From Chloroflexota bacterium (lineage in GTDB: Bacteria > Chloroflexota > Limnocylindria > P2-11E), in NCBI GenBank assembly GCA_028876375.1, contig JAGWSB010000002.1:1754-65753 (forward strand): DNA of 64,000 nucleotides, written 5' to 3'. Every line of letters begins with the position of its first letter. Within the stretch, counting starts at the first letter, position 1. Below, in pieces: positions 37,213 to 46,648 of this stretch. The notes under the pieces are model-generated. The model saw only the letters and a program-made list of their open reading frames with translations, made no database searches and was not told where the DNA came from. The position numbers and the translations under genes are program-made.

Positions 37213-38175
37213 ATGACGAGGTACATCCTCCGTCGCCTCCTGCTCATGATCCCGGTGATCCTGCTCGTGACCATCGGGATCTTCATCCTCATCCGTCTCG
37301 AGCCGGGCGACCCCGTTCTCACCTTCGCGGGGGAGGACCGCAACCCCGAGCTCCTCGCCGCGCTGCGGCACGAGTACGGCCTCGACCAGCCGCTCCCGGT
37401 CCAGTACGTCATCTGGCTGTCGCACGCGCTGCGCGGCGACCTCGGCCGCTCGTTCCAGACGAACCAGTCCGTCGTCGAGGCGATGGCCCAGCGCCTGCCG
37501 GCGACCATCGAGCTCGGCGCGGCGGCGCTCCTCATCTCCATCGTCGTCTCCCTCGTCGTCGGGACGCTCTCCGCGGTCCGCCGGAACTCCGCGGTCGACC
37601 TCGTCGCCACGAGCGCGACGCTCGTGGGCGTCTCGTTCCCCAGCTTCTTCCTCGGGCTGATCCTCATCCTCCTGTTCGCCTACGTGATCCCCGGTCACCT
37701 GCTTCCGCCGGGTGGCTTCGTGGCGCTGACCGCGGACGTCGGCGAGAACCTGCGTCGGCTCATCCTGCCCGCCGTCACCCTCTCGACCGTGAGCATCGCG
37801 GTGAACATGCGGCAGATCCGCTCGAGCCTGCTCGAGGTGTTCGGGCTCGACTACATCCGCACCGCGCGCGCGAAGGGGCTCTCCGAGAGAAGCGTCATCG
37901 CGAGCCACGCGCTGAAGAACGCGCTCATCCCCGTCGTCACGCTCATCGGCATCCAGGTCGGATCGATCATCGAGGGCGCCTTCATCACCGAGACGATCTT
38001 CATCTGGCCGGGGGTCGGACTCCTCGCCGTGCAGGCGATCCCTTCCGGCGATTACCCCGTCGTCCAGGGCGTCGTCCTCATCTCGGCGCTCGCCTACATG
38101 TTCAGCACGCTCTTCGTCGACATCCTCTACGCCTGGCTCGACCCGCGCATCTCCTACGAGGGGGCGCGCGCGTGA
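37213..38175 (+). CDS. ABC transporter permease (DppB/OppB-like)
   Basis: MTRYILRRLLLMIPVILLV, the canonical N-terminus, and the EAA loop region DYIRTARAKGL. Confidence 0.9.
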   Translation: MTRYILRRLLLMIPVILLVTIGIFILIRLEPGDPVLTFAGEDRNPELLAALRHEYGLDQPLPVQYVIWLSHALRGDLGRSFQTNQSVVEAMAQRLPATIELGAAALLISIVVSLVVGTLSAVRRNSAVDLVATSATLVGVSFPSFFLGLILILLFAYVIPGHLLPPGGFVALTADVGENLRRLILPAVTLSTVSIAVNMRQIRSSLLEVFGLDYIRTARAKGLSERSVIASHALKNALIPVVTLIGIQVGSIIEGAFITETIFIWPGVGLLAVQAIPSGDYPVVQGVVLISALAYMFSTLFVDILYAWLDPRISYEGARA

Positions 38176-39056
38176 GCGCGGCGGCCGCGGCTCTGCCGCT
38201 GCAGCGCCGGACCCGCTCCGGCTCGCTGCGCGTCTTCCTCCGCCGCAACCCGCGCCTCCTCGTCGGCGGATCGATCGTGGCGATCCTTCTCCTCGCCGCC
38301 GCCGCCGCCCCCTACGTCGCGCCGTACGACCCCGTGGCGACGAACGTCCAGGACTCGCTCCAGAGCCCGAGCCTCCGGCACCTGCTGGGGACCGACGACC
38401 TCGGCCGCGACGTCTTCTCCCGGGTCCTGTGGGGCGCGCGCATCTCGCTCTCGGTGGGCGTCATCTCCGTCGCCATCGGCTTCACGGTCGGCGTCTCCAC
38501 CGGCCTTCTCGCCGGCTACCTGGGCGGCACGTTCGACCTGCTCGTGATGCGGGTCATCGACGCGCTCCTGGCGTTCCCCGCGCTCGTCCTCGCCATCTCC
38601 ATCACCGCGGCGCTCGGACCCCAGATCCAGAACGCGATGATCGCGATCGGCATCGTCGCCATCCCCGGGTACACGCGCCTCACCCGCGGTCAGGTCCTCA
38701 CCGTGCGATCGCAGGAGTTCATCACCGCCGCGCGCACCGTCGGAGCGCCGCCGCTGCGCATCGTGCTGCGCCACATCTTCCCGAACGTCACGAACACCCT
38801 CGTCGTGCAGGCGACGCTCTCGACGGCATTCGCGATCCTCGCCGAGGCCGCGCTCTCGTTCCTCGGACTGGGGGCGCAGCCGCCGACGCCCTCGTGGGGC
38901 CAGGACATCGCCTACTCCGCCCGCTACCTCGCGAACCTGGATTGGTGGATGAGCGCCGGCCCGGGACTCGCCATCTTCCTCGCGGTGTTCGCTTTCAACT
39001 TCCTCGGCGACGCGCTCCGCGACGCGCTCGACCCGCGCCTGCGCCGAACGGCCTAG
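38172..39056 (+). CDS. ABC transporter permease (DppC/OppC-like)
   Basis: GTGA overlap with the upstream permease. HLLGTDDLGRDVFSRV and the EAA loop FITAARTVGA. Confidence 0.9.
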   Translation: MSAAAAALPLQRRTRSGSLRVFLRRNPRLLVGGSIVAILLLAAAAAPYVAPYDPVATNVQDSLQSPSLRHLLGTDDLGRDVFSRVLWGARISLSVGVISVAIGFTVGVSTGLLAGYLGGTFDLLVMRVIDALLAFPALVLAISITAALGPQIQNAMIAIGIVAIPGYTRLTRGQVLTVRSQEFITAARTVGAPPLRIVLRHIFPNVTNTLVVQATLSTAFAILAEAALSFLGLGAQPPTPSWGQDIAYSARYLANLDWWMSAGPGLAIFLAVFAFNFLGDALRDALDPRLRRTA

Positions 39057-39129
39057 ACGCTCGTCATGACCCGAAGGTCCCCCGAGGGTCCTATTAGATC
39101 GCTAGGAGCCGTGGCGCAGAGTCGCGCTC

Positions 39130-39570
39130 GTGCAGGTCAGCCGCGTGGCGTACGACAGGTTCGAGCTCCAGCTCCCTCCCGCGGAGGCCGGCTCGCAGCC
39201 GCTGGGTGACGCGCGCGTCGCGCGCGATGTCGCCGGCTGGCTGTGGCAGTTCGGGCCGACGCCGCTCGTCGCGCTCGTCGAGCACGACGGCGGCCTTCCC
39301 GCCTGGCTCTCGGGGCGGCTCACCCTCACCGTCCCCTGGCAGGGCGGGAGCGCGGCGGCGCTCCTCCTCGAGGAGCGGACCGACCTCGAGCAGTTCCTCC
39401 TCCAGGGCGCGCCGCACGCGCGCACGCATCTGCTGTGGCCGCGCGTCTCTCCGGCGAAGACCTTCGAGGCGCTCTGCGCCGGAGGCGGCGCGTGGGAGAG
39501 CGCGGTCGACGGGCACGCCCGCATGAGCGAGCCCGAGCTCATGGAGGTCTTCCAGCTCCAGCCGGTCTAG
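39130..39570 (+). CDS. hypothetical protein (146 aa)
   Basis: Consistently high GC3 and a non-repetitive composition. No family recognised. Confidence 0.6.
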   Translation: MQVSRVAYDRFELQLPPAEAGSQPLGDARVARDVAGWLWQFGPTPLVALVEHDGGLPAWLSGRLTLTVPWQGGSAAALLLEERTDLEQFLLQGAPHARTHLLWPRVSPAKTFEALCAGGGAWESAVDGHARMSEPELMEVFQLQPV

Positions 39571-39573
39571 CGC

Positions 39574-40422
39574 TCAGGCCTCGTCGGGCGGCAGCGTGGA
39601 CTCGGCGTTCGCTCCCAGCTCTCGCGTCCGCACATACGCGGCGTACACCGCGCGCGAGAGCACCGTGCGGAGCGCGCCCTTCTCGAGCTCGTAGAGCGCG
39701 GCGGCGCTCGTCCCGCCGGGAGAGGTGACCTGGTTGCGCAGCTCGGCCAGGTGGCGCCCGCTCGCGCGCGCGAACGCGGCGGAGCCCTCGACCGTGCGCA
39801 GGACGAGCTCCTCGGAGACGCGGCGCGAGAAGCCGAGGTGGACGCCCGCGTCGACGAGCGCCTCCATGAGGAGGAAGACGTACGCCGGCCCCGTCCCCGA
39901 CAGCGCCGTGGCGCGGTCGACGTCCTGCTCCTCCTCGGCGTGCAGCACCTCGCCGAAAGCGCCGAGGACGATGCGCGCGATCTCGCGCTGCTCGGCGGTC
40001 ACCTCGGGCGTCGCCGTCCACACGCTCACGCCCATCCCGACCTGCGCCGGCGTATTCGGCATCGAGCGGACGATGGCGCGGTGGGCGAGGCCGTGTCGCA
40101 GGGAGCGCAGCGTCGCGCCCGCGACGATCGAGAGGACGAGCTGGTCGTCGCTCAGCTTCCCGGCAAGGTCGCGCATGACCGAGGCGAGGACCTGCGGCTT
40201 CACCGACAGGACGACGACGTCGGCGCCGCGCGCCGCCTCCGCGTTCGACGCCAGGCCGCGCACGCCGAAGCGCTTGGCGAGATCGGCGCGGCGCTCGCGG
40301 CGCGGCCCCGTCACGCTGATGCGAGAGGCCGCGACGACGTGCTGCTCGAGCAGCCCGCGGATCATCGCCTCGGCCATCGTGCCGCCGCCGATGAAAGCGA
40401 TGCTCTTCTTGTTCAGGGGCAT
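39574..40422 (-). CDS. proC: pyrroline-5-carboxylate reductase
   Basis: IAFIGGGTMAEAMIRG Rossmann motif, VLSVKPQ, MPNTPAQVG, SPGGTS. ATG 40422 preferred; GTG 40431 possible. Confidence 0.92.
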   Translation of the reverse strand: MPLNKKSIAFIGGGTMAEAMIRGLLEQHVVAASRISVTGPRRERRADLAKRFGVRGLASNAEAARGADVVVLSVKPQVLASVMRDLAGKLSDDQLVLSIVAGATLRSLRHGLAHRAIVRSMPNTPAQVGMGVSVWTATPEVTAEQREIARIVLGAFGEVLHAEEEQDVDRATALSGTGPAYVFLLMEALVDAGVHLGFSRRVSEELVLRTVEGSAAFARASGRHLAELRNQVTSPGGTSAAALYELEKGALRTVLSRAVYAAYVRTRELGANAESTLPPDEA

Positions 40423-40434
40423 GGCGCGCACATC

Positions 40435-41187
40435 CTAGGAGCGCTCCGCGGTCGCGACGCGCACGAGGTCGCCCGCGACGAAGACGCCGCGCGCGTCGAT
40501 CCCGAAGCGGTCGTACGCGTGCGGCGGGACGGCGATGTCCGCCAGGAGCAGCTGGCCCACGAACGGACGCGCCACGGGCCGGAGGAGGCCGGCCTTGGGG
40601 AGACCGAGCGTCACCGTCGCGGCCGCGCGTACCGCGGCACCCAGCGGAGCGCCGGTGTCGGGATGGAGCCCCGAGGGGAGATCGACGGCGAGGACCGGAA
40701 CGCCCGACGCGTTCGCGGCCGCGATGAGCGCGGCGACGGTCCCGTGCGGCGCGCCGCGCACGCTGTAGCCGAGCAGGCCGTCGACGATCAGGTCCGCCTC
40801 CTCGAGGCGCGCCCCCGCCGCGGGCGCGACGTCGATGCCCGCGCGGCGTGCGATGTCGAGCTGGCGCTTGTTCAGATCGCCGTGCAGGTCGTCACGCGCC
40901 ACGCTGAGCACGCAGCGGACGCGCGCGCCCCACCCGCGGAGGCGGCGCGCCGCGCCGAGCGCGTCGCCGCCGTTGTTGCCGCTGCCCGCGACGCACACGA
41001 TGCGGCGGCCGTCGACGCTGCCGCCGAGGAGCGCGCGCGCCGCGAGCGCGACGCCGCGCGCGGCGTTCTCCATGAGCATCTCGACCGAGATGCCGATCTC
41101 GTCGACGGCAACGCGGTCGATCTCGGCCATCTGCGCCGCGGTGACGACGGGGACCTCTCCGGTCGCGGGCAGGTCGAGGGCTTTCAC
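40435..41187 (-). CDS. nnrE: NAD(P)H-hydrate epimerase, stand-alone YjeF_N domain
   Basis: 250 aa. AGSGNNGGDA motif and VDGLLGYS. GTG 41187 is in a GTGA overlap with the upstream stop. No C-terminal NnrD (carbohydrate-kinase) domain. Confidence 0.85.
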   Translation of the reverse strand: MKALDLPATGEVPVVTAAQMAEIDRVAVDEIGISVEMLMENAARGVALAARALLGGSVDGRRIVCVAGSGNNGGDALGAARRLRGWGARVRCVLSVARDDLHGDLNKRQLDIARRAGIDVAPAAGARLEEADLIVDGLLGYSVRGAPHGTVAALIAAANASGVPVLAVDLPSGLHPDTGAPLGAAVRAAATVTLGLPKAGLLRPVARPFVGQLLLADIAVPPHAYDRFGIDARGVFVAGDLVRVATAERS

Positions 41188-42302
41188 AGCACCGTCCCGG
41201 TGAAGCGGCTCGTCCCCGTCCGGAACCGGTCGATCGACAGGTCGGCGATGTCGAGCGTCGTCGCCCTGCCGTCCAGCATCTCTTCGACGATGAGCTGCGC
41301 CGTCGCCGGCGCGTGCATGAATCCGTGCCCGGAGAAGCCCGCGGCGAGGTAGAGGCCCCGGGCGCCGGGGACGCGGCCGAGGACGGGGTGGTCGTCCGGC
41401 GTGAGCTCGTAGCGGCAGTCGCGGACCCGCTCGACGCGCAGGTCCGCCAGCTTCGGGTAGCGCCGCGCCGCGCGCTCGCGTACCGCCTCGGCGGTGAGGT
41501 CGGGCATCGCGAAGTGGAGCGCGCCGTCCTTGGGCCGGAAGTGGAACCCCGACTCGTGCTCGACGACCATCGGGATGCCGGCCAGCGCCGGCAGCGGCGC
41601 CGACTCGGCGATGCGGCGCGGGAACGCCGAGATGGGGACGTCGACGTCCGCCGTCGCGGCGATCTCCGCCGTCCAGCACCCCGTCGCCAGGAGCACCCTC
41701 TCGGCCGAGACGTCGCCGTCATCCGTGCGCACGCCGGTGACGCGGTCGCCCTCGCGCGCCAGCGAGCGCACCGTCGTGCCTTCCGCGACCCGGACGCCCT
41801 CGAGGACCGCGCCCGCGGCGAAGCCGGCGAGCGCGCTGAGCGGATCGCCGTACCCGTCGCGCGCGCAGAAGCGCGCCCCGGCGAGGTCGTCGACGCGGAG
41901 GCCGGGGACGAGCTCCTCGACGTCGGCGCGGTCGAGCATGCGGACGTCGAGGCCGAGCCGCTCGTAGAGCCCGAGCGGCTGCTTCAGCTTCGCGAGGCCC
42001 GCCGGCGTCGAGGCCAGGAAGAGGTACCCGCGCTCCTCGAAGTCCCACGCGCTGCCGGTGAAGGACGCGAAGTCGCGCCAGAACTCGACGGCGAGGAGCG
42101 ACATGCGCACGTCGATCTCGTCGACGAACTGGTGCCGTATCCCGCCCATCCCGCCCTTGGTCGTGCCCGCGCCGAGGCCCTCGCGCTCGAGGAGCAGGAC
42201 GTCGCGCTCGCCGCGGTCCGCGAGGAAGAAGGCCGCCGCCGCTCCCACGATCCCTCCGCCGACGACGACCGTCGACGCCGTCCGCGGGAGCGCGCCGGTC
42301 AC
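41184..42302 (-). CDS. FAD-dependent oxidoreductase (DAO / sarcosine-glycine oxidase-like family)
   Basis: VVVGGGIVGAAAAFFLA dinucleotide fold and a C-terminal AAGFSGHGFMHAP. GTG 42302 is in a GTGA overlap. Confidence 0.85.
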   Translation of the reverse strand: MTGALPRTASTVVVGGGIVGAAAAFFLADRGERDVLLLEREGLGAGTTKGGMGGIRHQFVDEIDVRMSLLAVEFWRDFASFTGSAWDFEERGYLFLASTPAGLAKLKQPLGLYERLGLDVRMLDRADVEELVPGLRVDDLAGARFCARDGYGDPLSALAGFAAGAVLEGVRVAEGTTVRSLAREGDRVTGVRTDDGDVSAERVLLATGCWTAEIAATADVDVPISAFPRRIAESAPLPALAGIPMVVEHESGFHFRPKDGALHFAMPDLTAEAVRERAARRYPKLADLRVERVRDCRYELTPDDHPVLGRVPGARGLYLAAGFSGHGFMHAPATAQLIVEEMLDGRATTLDIADLSIDRFRTGTSRFTGTVL

Positions 42303-43138
42303 GCCTGCGCGATCTCCTCGAAGCGGTGCTTCCCCTCGACGAGCGAGATGCGGCCGAAGCGCGCCAGGTCGTGGGTGAAGCCGACGATCCAGCGCTCCTC
42401 GACGGCGCGCGGAAGGACCTTCTTCTTCGTCTCGAGGGTGTCGAGCGGATACAGATCCATCGCGCTGCTCCACGGCAGCGGCAGGTGATGCCGGTCGGGC
42501 ATCCAGTCCGACGTGAAGTAGAGCGTCGTGCCCTCGGAGGACACGCGGACGACCTGCGTGCCGCGGGTGTGGCCTTGGAGACGCTCCACGTGGAGACCCG
42601 GAAGGAGCTCGGCGTCGCCGTCGACGACCTCGAGCTTCCCCGTCGCCTCGAGCGGCGCGAAGTCGTCGGGAAGGTACGACCCGCGCGATCGCTCGTTGGG
42701 GCGCAGCGCGTCCTGCCACTCGAGGCGCTGCACGACGTACGAAGCGCGCGGGAACGTCGGGACGATCCGGTCCCCGTCGCGGTAGGTGTTGCCGCCCGCG
42801 TGGTCGAAATGCAGGTGCGTGTTCGTCACGAGGGTGACCTCGTCGGGCCGCACGCCGCGCTTCGCCAGCTCGCCCAGGAGCGCGGGCGGCGTGTCGATGC
42901 CCCAGTTCCGCTGCTGCTTCTCGGTGAGCTTCGGCCCGGCGCCGGTCTCGACGAGGACGACGTGTCCGGCGCCGTCGCGGATGACGAGGCAGTTCATGTC
43001 CATGGCGACGCGGTTGAGGTCGTCGGCCGGCTTCACCCTGGACCACAGGACCTTGGGGACGATCCCGAACATCATCCCGCCGTCGAGGCGGAACAGGCCG
43101 TCGCTGAAGATCTCGACGTCGTACTTCCCGATGCGCAC
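42299..43138 (-). CDS. MBL-fold metallo-hydrolase
   Basis: THLHFDHAGG (HxHxDH) and a downstream GHTRG. Confidence 0.88.
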   Translation of the reverse strand: MRIGKYDVEIFSDGLFRLDGGMMFGIVPKVLWSRVKPADDLNRVAMDMNCLVIRDGAGHVVLVETGAGPKLTEKQQRNWGIDTPPALLGELAKRGVRPDEVTLVTNTHLHFDHAGGNTYRDGDRIVPTFPRASYVVQRLEWQDALRPNERSRGSYLPDDFAPLEATGKLEVVDGDAELLPGLHVERLQGHTRGTQVVRVSSEGTTLYFTSDWMPDRHHLPLPWSSAMDLYPLDTLETKKKVLPRAVEERWIVGFTHDLARFGRISLVEGKHRFEEIAQA

Positions 43139-43157
43139 CCCGGCAGTGTGGCAGAGG

Positions 43158-44069
43158 TCAGATCGGCTCGACGGCGACCTCCGCCGTCGTCGGCCCGCGC
43201 ATCGTCGCCACGCGCACGCCGGCGAGGATGACGGCGCCGCCGGCGAGCTGGAGCGGCGCGGGACGCTCGGCGAGCCACACCGCGGCGATGAGCAGCGCCG
43301 CGATGGGGACGAGGTAGCTCACCATCGAGGCCACCCCCGCGCCGAAGCGACGTACGGACCACTGGAAGAGGACGAACCCCACGATCGTCGCGAAGACGAC
43401 GAGGTATCCGAGGAGCGCCCACGCCGAGAGGGGCCACGTCGGCACGTCGCGGTACCCGTGCTCGAGCAGGCCGAGGGGGAAGAGCATCGCGGCGCCGATG
43501 AGCGAGGTGAGCGCGACGAGCGCGATGGGGGAACGGTCGCGCATCGCGACGTGCCCGGCGACGCCGTACGCCGCCCAGCATGCCGCGCCGCCGAGGGCCA
43601 TGACGTCGGCGAGCAGACGCTGCGGCGAGAACGCGCTGCCCGCCGTCTGCGCCCCGACGATGACCAGCGCTCCGCCGACGGTCGCGACCGCGAAGCCCGC
43701 CGCTTTCGTGCCGGTCATCCGCTCGCCGATGGCGATCGCCGCGAGCGCGGTGAGGACGGGGATCGACGTCGGCACGATGAGCGCGCCGTCCGACGCGGGC
43801 GCCATGGTGAGCGCGACGAAGACGAGCGCGTTGTAGAGGAAGATCCCCAGCCCGGCGGCGAGGATCACCGCGCCGAGGTCTCGTCGTCCGAGCGGGATGC
43901 GCAGGACGACGCACAGCGCGAGGAGGACGACGCCGACGAGCGCGAAGCGGATCGCGGACAGCTCGAGCGGCGGGACCTCGCCGACGGCGAGCTTGCCGAC
44001 CGGCCAGGTGCCGCCCCACGACAGCGCGATCGCCGCGTACGCGAGGACGACAGGCAAGGCATCGCTCAC
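43158..44069 (-). CDS. DMT-superfamily (EamA-like) transporter
   Basis: 303 aa with 10 TM helices and the two EamA repeats. Confidence 0.85.
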   Translation of the reverse strand: MSDALPVVLAYAAIALSWGGTWPVGKLAVGEVPPLELSAIRFALVGVVLLALCVVLRIPLGRRDLGAVILAAGLGIFLYNALVFVALTMAPASDGALIVPTSIPVLTALAAIAIGERMTGTKAAGFAVATVGGALVIVGAQTAGSAFSPQRLLADVMALGGAACWAAYGVAGHVAMRDRSPIALVALTSLIGAAMLFPLGLLEHGYRDVPTWPLSAWALLGYLVVFATIVGFVLFQWSVRRFGAGVASMVSYLVPIAALLIAAVWLAERPAPLQLAGGAVILAGVRVATMRGPTTAEVAVEPI

Positions 44070-44134
44070 AACGACGTCAGCGTATCGGTCGCGCGCGGAT
44101 CACGCGCACGCCTGGGCCGATACGATGCCTTCCG

Positions 44135-45184
44135 ATGCGTCGGGTCCTCATCACCGGCGTCACCGGATTCGCCGGGAGCCACCTCGCGGAGCGTCTCGTC
44201 GAGCGCGGCGACGAGGTCCACGGTCTCGCGATCGAGCCGCCGCCGCATCCCAATCTCGCGCGCGTCGTCTCGCGCGTCGCGATCCACGCCGGCGACATCG
44301 TCGACGCCGCGATCGTTCGTGACGTCGTCCTCGAGGTGCGGCCGGAGGTCGTCTACCACCTGGCGGGGCAGGCCGTGCCGACGAACGCGACGGCGGACCC
44401 TCTCGGAACGATCCGCATCAACGTGCTCGGATCGGCGAGCGTCGCCGCCGCGATGCGCGAGCTCCCCGGCGCGCATCTCGTCGTCGCCTCGAGCGCCGAC
44501 GTATACGGGCTGCCCGCGCGGATCCCCTCGCTCGAGACCGCGCCGCTCCACCCCACGAACGTGTACGCCGCGACGAAGGTGGCGGCCGAGTCCATCCTCC
44601 GCGCGCCGGGCATGACGCGCGTGACGCTCCTGCGGCCGTGCAACCAGATCGGCCCGCGGCTCCATCCGCGCCTCGTCGCCTCCGAGTTCGCGAAGCGCAT
44701 CGCCGAGGCGGAGGCGGGTCTCGCCGAGCCGGTGGTGCGCCATGGACAGCTCGAGCCGCGGCGCGAGTTCCTCGACGTGCGCGACATGGCCGCCGCGTAC
44801 GACGCCGCCTGCGCGCTCGATGACGCCGGCGTCGCGACCTACAACGTCGGCAGCGGCAGCGCCGTTCCCGTCGCGCGCCTGCTCGAGATCCTGCTCTCGC
44901 TCGCGCGGATCCCCATCCGTGAGGAGCTCGATCCCGAGCGCGTCCGCGGCGGCGTGCCGGACGTCCTGCTGCTCGACTCGACGCGCTTCCTCGACCGCAC
45001 GGGATGGCGTCCCGTCATCCCGCTCGAGCGATCGCTCTCCGATACCCTCGACTACTGGAGGAACGAAGTGACGAAGGAAGCGGGCCGTTCCCCGGCCGCG
45101 CAGACCGAGGCGCCGCGGCGACGAGGTCGAGCAGCTGGGCCGAGCGAGGGCTTTGCCCGAGCGAGGTCGGAAGAGGCGAGCTGA
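44135..45184 (+). CDS. NAD-dependent epimerase/dehydratase (GDP-sugar reductase/dehydratase-like SDR)
   Basis: VLITGVTGFAGSHL and the catalytic YAATK. The last roughly 28 codons (SPAAQTEAPRRRGRAAGPSEGFARARSEEAS) are encoded by repeat copy B. Confidence 0.88.
   Translation: MRRVLITGVTGFAGSHLAERLVERGDEVHGLAIEPPPHPNLARVVSRVAIHAGDIVDAAIVRDVVLEVRPEVVYHLAGQAVPTNATADPLGTIRINVLGSASVAAAMRELPGAHLVVASSADVYGLPARIPSLETAPLHPTNVYAATKVAAESILRAPGMTRVTLLRPCNQIGPRLHPRLVASEFAKRIAEAEAGLAEPVVRHGQLEPRREFLDVRDMAAAYDAACALDDAGVATYNVGSGSAVPVARLLEILLSLARIPIREELDPERVRGGVPDVLLLDSTRFLDRTGWRPVIPLERSLSDTLDYWRNEVTKEAGRSPAAQTEAPRRRGRAAGPSEGFARARSEEAS
45089..45171 (+). repeat. about 85-bp interspersed repeat, copy B
   Basis: Aligns to 23281..23365 in the same orientation. 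Embedded in the 3' end of the epimerase ORF, ending 13 nt before the next gene's ATG. Confidence 0.85.
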
Positions 45185-46638
45185 TGCCGGGCAAGATCGT
45201 CTTCGGGACGGACGGCTGGCGCGCGCGCATCGCCGAGGAATACACCTTCGACGCGGTGAGGATCTGCGCGCAGGCCGTCGCGGAGTGGGTGCGCTCCGCG
45301 GGCGGATCCGACCGCGGCGTCGTCATCGGCTACGACCGCCGCTTCGTGTCGGAGCACTTCGCCGCGGCCGCGGCCGAGGTCGTCGCCGCCAACGGCGTCA
45401 ACGTGCACCTGTCGACCGCCGCGGCGCCGACGCAGTCGTTCTCCTGGGCCACGATGCGGCGCAAGGCGAAGGCGGGGATCGTCATCACCGCGAGCCACAA
45501 CCCCTGGACGGACAACGGCTTCAAGGTCAAGAGCGAGACGGGCGCCGCCGCCGCGCCCGACGTCCTCGGGCAGCTCGAGGAGATCATCCATCCCCTCGAG
45601 GAGGGCCGCGGCAAGGTCGAGCGGATGGCGCTCGACGACGCCAAGGCGAAGGGCCTCGTCGAGGCCTTCGACCCGGCGCCCGACTACCTCGCGCACGTCG
45701 CGGAGCTCTTCGACCTGGACGCCTTCCGGCACGCGGGGTACACGGTCGTCGTCGACGCCCTCTACGGCAGCGCGGGCGGCTACTTCCCGCGCCTCATCGG
45801 CGGCGGACGCACCAGCGTCGTCGAGCTCCACGGGGAGCGCAACCCGTACTTCGGCGGCGTCAACCCCGAGCCCATCCCGCCGAACATCAACGAGTTCCTC
45901 GCGCGCGTCCCGGCGGAGAAGGCCGACGTCGGCCTGGCGGTCGACGGCGACGCCGACCGCGCGGGCATGGCGGACGAGAAGGGGCGCTTCGTCACGACGC
46001 TCACCGTCTACGCGCTCCTCATGTGGTACCTGCTCGAGGTGCGCAAGCTGCGCGACCCGGTCGTGAAGACGGTGAACATGACCTCGATGGTCGACCGCCT
46101 CGGCGAGAAGTACGGCGTGAAGGTGTACGAGGTCCCCGTCGGCTTCAAGTACATCGGCCCGAAGATGGCCGAGACGGGCGCGATGATGGGCGGCGAGGAG
46201 TCGGGCGGATTCGGCTTCGCGATGCACCTGCCCGAGCGCGACGGCATCGTCGCCGACCTCTTCCTCCTCGACTTCCTCCTCGCGACGCGGAAGAAGCCTT
46301 CGCAGCTCATCGCCGAGCTCATGGACCTGGCGGGCCCGTCGGCCTACCTCCGCCGCGACGTGCACTTCGACGCCGCGACGTACGCGACCGAGAAGCTACG
46401 GATCATGCGTGCGCTCGGCGAGGCGGACCCCAAGACCCTCGCGGGCATGCCGGTCAAGCGCAAGCTCCTCCTCGATACGAAGGACGGCGCGAAGTTCTTC
46501 CGCGAAGACGGGTCGTGGCTGCTCATCCGGCTGTCGGGGACGGAGCCGCTCGTCCGCGTGTACGCGGAGACGCGCCACCAGCCCGACCTCGCGCCGCTCC
46601 TCGACGAGGGCGAGCGGATCATCGGATCAGGGAGATAG
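45184..46638 (+). CDS. phosphomannomutase/phosphoglucomutase
   Basis: FGTDGWRA, the active-site loop TASHNPWTDNGFK and the Mg loop DGDADR. The ATG shares one nucleotide with the upstream TGA. Confidence 0.92.
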   Translation: MPGKIVFGTDGWRARIAEEYTFDAVRICAQAVAEWVRSAGGSDRGVVIGYDRRFVSEHFAAAAAEVVAANGVNVHLSTAAAPTQSFSWATMRRKAKAGIVITASHNPWTDNGFKVKSETGAAAAPDVLGQLEEIIHPLEEGRGKVERMALDDAKAKGLVEAFDPAPDYLAHVAELFDLDAFRHAGYTVVVDALYGSAGGYFPRLIGGGRTSVVELHGERNPYFGGVNPEPIPPNINEFLARVPAEKADVGLAVDGDADRAGMADEKGRFVTTLTVYALLMWYLLEVRKLRDPVVKTVNMTSMVDRLGEKYGVKVYEVPVGFKYIGPKMAETGAMMGGEESGGFGFAMHLPERDGIVADLFLLDFLLATRKKPSQLIAELMDLAGPSAYLRRDVHFDAATYATEKLRIMRALGEADPKTLAGMPVKRKLLLDTKDGAKFFREDGSWLLIRLSGTEPLVRVYAETRHQPDLAPLLDEGERIIGSGR

Positions 46639-46648
46639 GACGAGTGCC

